The position numbers and the translations under genes are program-made. A stretch of 64,000 nucleotides of DNA, from contig NC_086114.1 of assembly GCF_963921235.1 (NCBI RefSeq), positions 43,772,001-43,836,000 on the forward strand, written 5' to 3'. Below, piece after piece: positions 39,057 through 48,770 of the stretch. Numbering within the stretch: position 1 is the first letter of the stretch; every line of letters begins with the position of its first letter. Source of the DNA: Mobula hypostoma. Taxonomy: Eukaryota. The notes under the pieces are model-generated. The model was not told where the DNA came from. It saw nothing but the letters and a program-made list of their open reading frames with translations, and made no database searches.

Positions 39057-40328
39057 CATAATTACAGATCATCTGATCATGACCAAAGTGCTGATAGTGA
39101 GCTTGATATCCATTATAACAGTTTCCAAATCTGTTTATCATTGACTTGCATGAAATGGGGTGGCCATGAAGTGTAACAGATCTTTTGAATGCGTTTACTG
39201 GGGAACTGTTGCACTTGCTGGGATACCATTGTCACTTGGATTTCCTACTTGCCTTTTGCTGGGAGTGTCCACAGTTTACCTGACCATTAGAAAAGAGGAA
39301 ATTGGAGCGCGCACACTGACAAATCACTTCAGGTATCCCTCTGTCTCCAGCCCTCCTATTGGCCACATGTCTGATCCATGTAGACTATCCAGCTGGTTAC
39401 CAAAATGATAATGTGTTGTCAAATCAGCCAATCTGTTCCCCCCACCTCCATTGTTCTTAAGTGATGTGGTTTTCACTGAGTACTTTTCTCATCTCCTGGG
39501 TTTCACAGCTGGTAATTAATGTTTTATTCCAAGAGAGTCCAGTGCAGTCCTTCAGGATTGGTAACTCTATCTGTATCCCATGACATTGAGGCCAATTATA
39601 GCTTTCTCTTTTCCACTTCAGGTTGAGCTCTGTTAGCTCAGTAGTTTGGTCAATCTACCTGAGCCCTTCCTGTCTGTGTGACTCTGAGCCATGTTGGTCG
39701 TAGTACAATGGCTAAGTGAATATTGATGCATTCTAGAAATATTACTTATCTTACATCACCAAATAAAAATCATTGAGTAAGCTGTACTAGAAATATGTAA
39801 GTGTTCAATCTGTCACCCAACCAATAAAGTCACTGGAGGAGACTTAACAGCAGGAAGTGACTGGGATTATCAGCCATGTACAGGGAAACATTTGGATTTG
39901 GCCTGCCTTGATCTACAATATTGACTTTTGGGTTTTCTCTCAGGCAGAATGTATTTATTAACCCCTCACAGTAATGTCACCACGAACAAGGCTTCTATTA
40001 TCGAAATCATTGCCCTCATTTTCTTTTCCCTCTCATCCTGAGTTGATGTCTGTGGCCAAAAGTGCCTTCAGCAACCTTGCCTTCCTACTTTGTGCCAAAT
40101 AATAACTTGCTCTTCAATGCCTCCAATAAATGTGTCTGCTGTGTAATATTTCCACCCACCCCCTCCCTTAATGCATTCCTGGTTTTCTTTCTTCCTCCTT
40201 TCTGTATATTTTAACCCAATCAAAGCCATGTCTATGTTTTTAGAACCTTTAGAATTGGTATTAGTGTTGCACTTAGCTTTTTCCTCATCAATTATCTTAA
40301 TTCTCCATTTCCCTGACATTTCCTCCTG

Positions 40329-40563
40329 GGGGAGCACAGTAGTGTAGTGGTTAGGATAACACTTTATAGTGCCAGCAGACCTGGGTTCAATTCTCACTGC
40401 TGCCTGTAAGGAGTTTGTATATTCTCCCTGTGAACACATGGATTTTATCCAGCTCTTCCAATTTCTTAACATTTTAAAGACATGGGTTGGTAGGTTAATT
40501 GGTCACGAGTGGGTGATGTGGGTTCGCTGGACTAGAAGGGCCTATAACTGTGCAGTGACTCTA
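40329..40563 (+). mobile_element. tRNA-derived HE1/V-SINE-like element
   Basis: A-box-like tagtgtagtggtta, B-box ggttcaattc, core ggagtttgtatattctccctgtga. Confidence 0.75.
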
Positions 40564-40744
40564 AACATTTTTTTAAATTTCATGCTTTATATTTTGGAAA
40601 TTAGCTATTTTTTCCTGAAGCTAAATGTTATTGTTAGTAAAAGCCTGTTGTTCAAAAAAGTGTGGATCAGTGCATGGTGTGCATGCATCTATCCTGTTTT
40701 GATTTATACTGGTATCTAAGCACCTTTTCTCTGCTCAGAACAGG

Positions 40745-41312
40745 CAGGATATCCCAGTGGCCAACCATTTTAAATCCCCACCCCCATCCCTATTGTGACA
40801 AGTTTGGTTCATGGACTCCTCTACTGTCTCTCAGGTTGGAGGCGCAACACCTTGTATTCCATCTGGGTAACCTCCAACCTGACAGCTGGAAAATAGATTT
40901 CTCTAAACTTTGGATAATTTCTCTCCCTCCCCATTCTCCCCTTTTCCTCACCTGCCTATCAACCACTCCCCCCCTCACCCTGACTTTCCTCCTTCCCTTT
41001 CTCTGAGTCTACTGTCTTCTATCAGATTCCTTTGTCTTTAGCCTTAAACCTTTTACACCTATCACCTTCCAGCTTCTCTTCGTTCACCCTTCCCCCTCAC
41101 CTGGTTTCACCTATCATCTTCCAGATTATAATCCTTCCCCACCCTCTCCCCACCTAATTCTGCCTTCTTCCCCCTGCATTTCCAGTTCTGATGAAGGGGT
41201 CTTGGTCTGAAATATCGACCATTTATTCCCCTCCATAGATATTGCCTGACCTGCTGCGTTCCTTCTGCATTTTACATGTGTCACTCTGGCTTTGAAGCAT
41301 CTGTAGAATCTT
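40745..41312 (+). mobile_element. Older Penelope-like element fragment
   Basis: PVANHF...RLEAQHLVFHLGNLQPD GIY-YIG end (inside ORF 40662..41006), pyrimidine-rich UTR, CTGATGA...GAAATATC at 41188-41216, then tail. Confidence 0.85.
41184..41220 (+). ncRNA. Degenerate minimal hammerhead motif on the CELF6 sense strand
   Basis: AGUU-CUGAUGA-A-GGGGUCUUGGUCU-GAAA-UA-UC-GACC. Core boxes are intact; helices I and II are weakened. Confidence 0.5.
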
Positions 41313-42254
41313 TCTATATGTGTTGCTCCCTAACCAGTGGGACTATTCCATTGAGAACCGGGCTATGTAGCTTTGACAATGAAATGTAATGATAGTTTTC
41401 AACCATTTTGAACATTATATTTCAGAGTTGGGTGTAATATCATTGGCATATGTATTGGAATTTGTTTTGCTGCAGCTGTACAGTGCAATATGTAATAAAA
41501 ATAAAATTACACAAATTATATGTAGTATATATGCAGTGAATTCTAGTTAATTGGGCCATTGGTTAATTGGGGCAGCTGCTTATTTGGGACAACTCTTAAA
41601 GAACAAAAACTAAGTGAAAATAGCCTTGGGTCTGTTCATTTATTTGTAAAACTATTGCTGCTTAATTAGGACAGGAGATTGTTACTGAACAATTTCTAAC
41701 TGTGGTCAGTCGTGTGTACCTCGGTGGCTGTTAGACATTACACAGTGCTTAGAGTGAACAGTTTTTAAATTGTGTCAGTTGTGTGTGTTTGTCTTCAAAA
41801 AGCGGTGATTCTTGTCACTAATAATTGGTGAGAAATAAGCAGCGATAATTGTGAACGGTTCTCCTCACTGCAGTTTCAAGCATACAGACTTGGAGATGCC
41901 ATAAATAGCTGGGATTGAAAATGAATCAATTTCACTATTTCAGCAAGTTATAGAGAAATTAAAAATACAGACAATCATCTTGAATGTTAGAATAAAAGTG
42001 GAGATTTGGAGGATGCAATCATTGAAAGCATTGCATAAAGGCAGTCCATTATCTGAACTAGGTGTCTGCACTAATTTTGTTCATTTACAGTCAATCAAAA
42101 GAATACAGCAGCATACACTGGATGAATTGCTCCATCAAAATTAGGAAGATAGTTTTGTAGTACTGTAATAGTATTTGTAGTGTTCTAATTTGTTCTGTAT
42201 TTTATTTAAGTACATAAGTTGTTACTCAGTTAAATCATAGTTTGTCCTTTTGAT

Positions 42255-42475
42255 GCAAACAACAGGAATTCTGCAGATGCTGGAAATTCAAGCAACATAC
42301 ATCAAAGTTGCTGGTGAACGCAGCAGGCCAGGCAGCATCTATAGGAAGAGGCGCAGTCGACGTTTCAGGCCGAGACCCTTCGTCAGGAAGGGTCTCGGCC
42401 TGAAACGTCGACTGCGCCTCTTCCTATAGATGCTGCCTGGCCTGCTGCGTTCACCAGCAACTTTGATGTATGTTG
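42255..42475 (-). mobile_element. Very young Penelope-terminus fold-back insertion (perfect 89-bp arms, 5-nt loop, 38-nt tail)
   Basis: Arms 42293-42381 and 42387-42475 are exact reverse complements with loop gtcag. Tail at 42255-42292. TSD ttgtccttttgat at 42242-42254 and 42473-42485. Confidence 0.92.
42359..42386 (-). ncRNA. Minimal type I hammerhead ribozyme core (PLE-associated), catalytic nucleotides intact but 5' strand of stem I truncated
   Basis: Minus strand reads CUGACGA-A-GGGU-CUCG-GCCU-GAAA-CG-UC then GACUG. Confidence 0.75.
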
Positions 42476-42564
42476 TCCTTTTGATAGCTTTTTTAACTTT
42501 TCCATGAAATTTCAGCTAATTTAGACAACCATTTAATTGGGCCAAAATATACTGCTCCTGATAA

Positions 42565-43925
42565 TTTAAGTAGTGTGAAAAGAGAGGTCATGTACATGTA
42601 TTCATTGTCCATTCAGAAATCTGATGTTGGTGGAGAAACTATTCCTAAAACATTGAGTGTATGTCTTCAGGCTCCTGTACAGAGTCCTTTATGGTAGCAA
42701 TGAGAGGAGGGGGTGTCCTGGGTGTTGAGGTCCTCAATGACGGGTGCAGCCATTTTCAGGCATCATGTTTATATTAAATAGTTGAATTAAAATGGGTAGT
42801 GCAAAGAGAAATAAAAAAAGTAGTGAGGTAGTATTCATGGATTTAATGTCCATTTAGAAATCAGATAGAAGAGGGAAAGAAGCTGTTACTGAATTTCAGA
42901 GTATGTCCCTTCAAGCTTCTGTACCTCCTTCCTGAAGGTAACAATGAGAAGAGGGCGTGCCCAGGGTGGTGGGGATCTTTAATCATGGAAGCTATCTTCG
43001 TAAGGCACTGTTCCTTGAAGATGACCAGATTGTGATGCAACCAGTTAGAAAGTAGAAATCTGCTCAAGTCCTTAGTAACACATCAAGTTTTCTCAAACTC
43101 CTAATGCAACTGTTATGCTTTTGATATTGCATCAGTATGTTGGACCCAGGATAGATCTTCAGAGATGTTGATACCCAGAAACTTGAAACTGTTCACCCTT
43201 TCCACTGCTGATCCCTATATGAGGACTGGTGTGTCTTCCTTTGACTTTCCCTTCCAGAAGTCCACATTCAATTCCTCGGTCTTACTGATCTTGAGTGCAA
43301 GGTTGTTGCTGTGACCCCAATCAACCAGTAGTTCACATCATTCCTGTTCATCTCCTCGTCATAGAAACATAGAAAACCTACAGCACAATACAGGCCCTCA
43401 GCCCACAAAGCTGTGCCGAACAATATCACCATCTGAAATTCTGCCAACAATAGTTGTTACCAACAAAATTGTAGGTGGTGCTTGAGCTGTGCCTAGTCAC
43501 ACAGTTGTGGGTGTAGAGAGAGTAGAGCAGTGGGTTAAGCACACATCCTTGAGGTGCGCCGGTGTTGTTGATTGTCAGTGAGAAGGCAATGTTATTTTGA
43601 TCAGCACTGACTGTGATCTCCTGGTGAGGAAGTTGAGGATCCAGTTGCAGAGGGAGGTACAGAGGCCCTGATTTTGGAGCTTGTTGATTAATACTGAGGG
43701 CACGGTGATGTTGAACGCTGAGCTGTAACCAATAAACAGCAGCCTGATGTAGATATTGCTATTGTCCAGGTGATTCAAGGCTGAGATGAGAGTCAGTGAG
43801 ATTGCATCCACTGTAGGCCTATTGTGGTGATAGGCAAATTGCTGCATGTCGAGGTCCTTCCTTTGGCATGAGTTGATTCTGGTCATGACCAAACTCTTAA
43901 AGCACTTCATCACAGCAGATGTCAG
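42565..43925 (-). mobile_element. Rex1/Babar-clade LINE fragment(s)
   Basis: MKCFKSLVM...QFAYHHNRPTVDAIS...YIRLLFIGYSSAFNI...LCNWILNFLT (RT) and IKDPHHPGHALFSLLPSGRRYRSLK (C-terminus). Confidence 0.88.
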
Positions 43926-45644
43926 TTCAGATGTGTTCTACAATATGTGAAGACTTAGCAAACCCACAAATGGAATTAGTTATTGCTTTATTGTAATGCA
44001 CCATCTGGGCCATGCCCTCTAATTGATATTGCCATTAAGTAGGAGATATAGAAACATGAAGACCCACACCTGAAGGTTCACAAGCAGCATTGTCTCCACT
44101 GCCATTGTTATTGAACTGACTAGTGGAAAAAAAAACTTTGTTCTACCTCAAACTATACTTCCCTTACCTTGCTCTGATGTTGTGTCTACTTTTGTTCATT
44201 TTGTCTTGCGAGTTATACATAATTAGACCATAAGGCACAGGACCAGAAGTATGTTAACTTGTGTTTGTCATGTTAGTAATATACTATGCTGTTGCTTTAA
44301 AAAGCTAATTCTCATGGCATTTATACCCAGGGTAGGTGTGCCAGTGAGCATGAACATGAACTTGCAAGTGTAGCTCTAAAAACCTCATGTCTCAAATTGC
44401 TTGTTCTTGTGTAGTGGAAAGGCAGCTATAGACCAAAGATGCAGCTATGCATTATCCTTCTCCTCTCTATAGTTTAATTCCATGATAGCACATTTACAGC
44501 AACATCTTGCTACAGATCACTGCCACTCATTCACTTATATTCTGTTGTTACACAATCTCTTCTACATCAATCCCCAGGTTTACCCTTTTCCTCCTTGATG
44601 TAATCTTCATCTTTTACAATGTCACCTTTATTTCTTCCTTCTAATCCCATCATCGTGTACGCCACTAAAGTCTGCCTGTAGTTTGATCTGTAACGTTCAC
44701 TCAAATGTTGGCTTGGTCTGTCCTTGCACGTGCAGCAGGATTTCACTCAGTTCCAGAAATTAAAATAGAAGGATTCCTCAATTTATGAAGGGGATTTATT
44801 CTGGGAAAATATATCAGGATAAATTTTGTCAATGGGAAGTTTCAGTGCAATGAATTGTACACACTTCAGTATGGTGTTAGGTGGCAAGCTATTTCTGGCA
44901 TTGAAAAATAAATTTGCAAATCAAGTACATAGCTCAGAGTCAAGTGTTCAAGCAAAAGTTAGTAAATTGCTGTAGTGTAGGCTTAGTTCCTGATGCAGGC
45001 TGTAAAGTTCCTTTGGTGCTTTGTATCAGACTGAAACCCAAATTGATTCATTGAGAGTTAGACTGATTCCATAAGGCTGTTCTTTGCCTTTTGAACTGAG
45101 AAATTTTCTTTTAGTTCTGTACTCCATCCTTGAGGGTGATTACTGCAAGTGTTGTTTTTTAAAACCATGATCAACACTTTAATAGCTCATAATTGTACAT
45201 TTCTGCAATGGGGGAAACGTTTCTCAAAATCAATTTGTCAATTGAATACAAAATTCTCTAAGTGAAACCTGATGTACCATATCGATATTTCTCCCCTTTC
45301 CATCTCTTCCTTCATCTACATTTTGGTTGCTGTATCTTCAACTACTTTGGAACTCCTTTGCCTGTACTTATTGCTTGTCTGGTGGGAGAGTTTGGGGTGT
45401 GATTGTATGATCTAATATCTGGGCATTGTATCAGTAAGAAAATGTTAAAGGAAGATCCAGAATTCTGTGGATGACACCAGCGCAGCTGTTAGAATCACTG
45501 CCTCACAACTAGAATGATGCAGGGACAATCTGTGCCTCTGGTGCTGCTTACATGGATTAGCACATTCTACATGATTACTTCTTTCCAAGTCCCCAAAACA
45601 TTAGTTGGTAGGTCAACGACTCTTTTGTAAAATTGTCCATAGGG

Positions 45645-45716
45645 CAGGGGTTCCCAACCTATTTTATGTCATGAACCAATACCATTAAGCAATGGGTTTA
45701 TGGACCCCAGGTTAGG
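45645..45716. mobile_element. hAT-type MITE, same family, right end damaged; nested in a SINE
   Basis: caggggttcccaacct...catgaaccaataccattaagcaa...ggaccccaggtt. Confidence 0.8.
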
Positions 45717-45884
45717 ATGCACAAAGGTGTAAGATCTAGGAGGAAGCTATTGGAAATTTGAGGGAAAGAAATGGTTAGGATAGGAGTAAAAGAATGGGTA
45801 TTATTATGGCCAGCATGGAGCTTAATGGGCTGAAGGACCTGTTTCTGTGCTGTAATATTCTGACTTTGAGGTTTAATCCCATGG

Positions 45885-46070
45885 CTAATACTTTATACTT
45901 TATTGTCGCCAAACAATTGATACTAGAGCGTACAATCATCACAGAGATATTTGATTCTGCTCTTCGTGCTCCCTGGAGTACAAATCGATAGTAAATATTA
46001 AAAATTTAAATTATAAATCATAAATAGAAAATAGAAAAGGGAGAGTAAGGTAGTGCAAAAAAACCCCGAG
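45885..46070 (-). mobile_element. Short LINE 3' end (Rex/Babar-like) with (AAAGTAT)n tail
   Basis: atactttatactttattgtcgcc is the antisense of AATAAA plus a short tandem tail. Retained CpGs suggest a young insertion. Confidence 0.55.
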
Positions 46071-48029
46071 AGAACGCTTTGGATGAGTACACTTACTCAT
46101 GTGAACTTGTGAGATGGAAGGTCACTTCTCTAGGTACAGTGAAATTTGGAAAGAATAAGAATATTTTTAAAACATTTTTTAATTTGCCTCTTAATTCTGA
46201 CAATTTTCTCTCTCGTAGTTTTGTGCTCATTCCCCATCCTCTTTCAGCATCACCATCACCCGTGTTGAGCAAACTCCCCTGCCTCCCTACTCGTGGGCCT
46301 TCCCTTTATTTCTCTCAGCTTCCCTTTTACTCCCCTTGAACTTGTTTCATTTCTAATGTTTCCCACTTCCAATAAAATTGAATGGGTTTGAGACAAAACT
46401 GCTGAATATTCCCATAACTTCCTACTTTCCATTTCAGATTTCCAATGTCTGTAGCGACCTGCATTTGCCCATAACATCAACAGGCATCTATTAGGATGAG
46501 GATACCAGAGGAAGGGACTGTGAACAAGTAGGGTTTTCATTTGGAACCATTACTTTGGGAAACTGTTAGATAAATTCCATGCGGAATATGTCTAGTTCAG
46601 ACCAAACTTTTTTATTCCATTTAATACCACCAGAAGGTGGTTAGATTGGTTAATTAGTGGGATCCTAATGCTTACAAATAGGTTGTTTGGCTTCATGCAT
46701 TAAAAAGCTGATTGCAATTTCAAGCCTTTTTTGTTTGCTGTAGTATGTCTGAAAATTTTAGACATTTTTTTTCTTTCAATATATTTCACATTTTCCTCAG
46801 CTTTCGCCTCTTTCCCCAGTACCAGGCAACCCATTGAGTGAGTTCGCACATAAAAGATCGTGCAGAGGAATTTCATACTGAAACTGTAAGTGTGTTTTTA
46901 TGCTTCCAGTCTATGGCACCATTGCCAAAGCCTCATTGGGAGTTTGCACAGTGTATGTAATGCACTGCCACATGCTCACGCAGAGCTCCAATCTTGTGGT
47001 GGAGCTTGCATCTGAACAGAACTGTTGCTTTCCACAATCACTAATCCTATTTCCAAAGCTACAAGCCATCATTCAGTGCATGATTTTGTTTGAATATATT
47101 CATTCCCTCTCATATAATCTCCCTTTGTCAGATTAAATGTGAGTCCCTCCTCTGTTCTTGCCAATACTCTTGCTTTGATGCAGCCCAGGTAAAGGCATTT
47201 CTAGTTGCTACTATAAAGGTGTCAGCGTGCGTGCAGCAGCAGGTGTGAGCAGGCGGAATTCAAAGCTTAACGACCGCTTCACAAGGGAAAGCAAACCTCT
47301 TCTGCAAAGCACCGAACACAGCTTTGATCTCCCCCGTCCAGTTCTCCTGTCGCCACCCTTTTGGAAGAAAAGTAACTGACGTCAAGCACATTAAATTACT
47401 ATGCACTTCATACTGAGATGCCAGTTGTCAATTTTGGTGTGGCGAGGGGCTTGCCTATGTCTCCTGAAATTTATTTTATTTCATAATTTTTATTTTTGGC
47501 TTTAGTTCCAACAACCGTCTCCCAACACCAAACCCCCCACTACCAGGAACACCAGGTAAAATCTCTGCCTGTTGTTACCTGTAATTAATAGCTATGTTTA
47601 AAGGTGTTTATTCAAAAGTGTGGGCTGCTTCAGAAATTAATTTTAAAACTGATATCTAGCTGATCCATGACATCCTTGCAGCCATATCTAAACCCAAGGG
47701 AGTAACAATTTAGGACTGTCATCTGAAGCCATTTTTACATCAAATAACCTGCTGTCATAACATTCTTGCTGGCATTTTCTAGCTGGTATATACCTCTGGA
47801 TCATGTGCATGCAAACTTGGCAGAATTTGAATCCCTCTCCTGTACTTGGAGCTCGACACCTGAAAGCTGGGCACTTTTGCAGGGAGTCAAGGAAGCAATA
47901 ACCGCGAGGTAAATTGGGGAAACTGAATTTGATCCAGTGTTTCCTGAATTTGATTTAAACACTACTCTAAGCTCCTGGAATTCTGGGGAGCTTTATGCTA
48001 AGGAGCACAAACCCCTCCCCCAGAGTATA

Positions 48030-48770
48030 GTACAGTGAACAGTACAGTGCAAGAACAGGTGCTTTAGCCCATGATGTTGTACCTAAATCAACTAATTTCT
48101 TCTGCCTACACATTGTCCATATGCCTCCAATCTCTGCATATTCCTGTGCCTACCTAACTGCCTCTAAAACACCTTAGCATATTTGCCTCTTCCACCACCA
48201 TCCCTGGCAGCACATTCCAAGCACCTACCACTTTTTTTTCTGTTTTTAAAGAAAAACTTGCTTGCTAAATTCCTTTGAACATACCTCCTCTTACGTTAAA
48301 TGCAAGCCATGCAGTATTATAAATTGTAACACTGGGGATGGGGTGAAGGATACCAGCTGTCTACTCTGTGCCTCTTATAATTATAAACTTTAATCAGATT
48401 TCCCCTGACTTCTGCCAGAGAAACACCCGAAGCTTGTCTAAACTCTCATTATAGTTCATGCACACTAACAGAGGCAGGATCTTGGTAAACATCTTCTTCA
48501 CACTTGTCAAAGTCTCCATACTTAAATTAGGTGGGACCAGAATTGAATGTGGTACTCAGATGTGGTTTAGCTAGAGTTTTATAAGTCTGCAAAGTAACTT
48601 CCTGACTCTTGAAGTCAGTTCCTTGACTAGTGCAGGTAAACATGCTGTATGTGTTTTCTTTACCACTCGATCACCTGTGCATCTGCTTTCGGAGAGTTAG
48701 GGACTTGGATCCCAGAATCCCCATATACATCATCGCAGTTAATGGCAGGACCTTTAATAGTGTCCCTTTA
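48030..48770 (-). mobile_element. CR1 3' fragment
   Basis: Colinear with the 8830 and 31215 copies. Confidence 0.75.

Larger units (their letters stand above)
41534..42562. mobile_element. Probable Tigger/pogo-like non-autonomous DNA transposon, interrupted by the PLE hairpin
   Basis: Starts cagtgaattctagttaattgggcc, with repeated taattggg(c/a)c motifs near both ends. Family call by recognition only. Confidence 0.55.
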
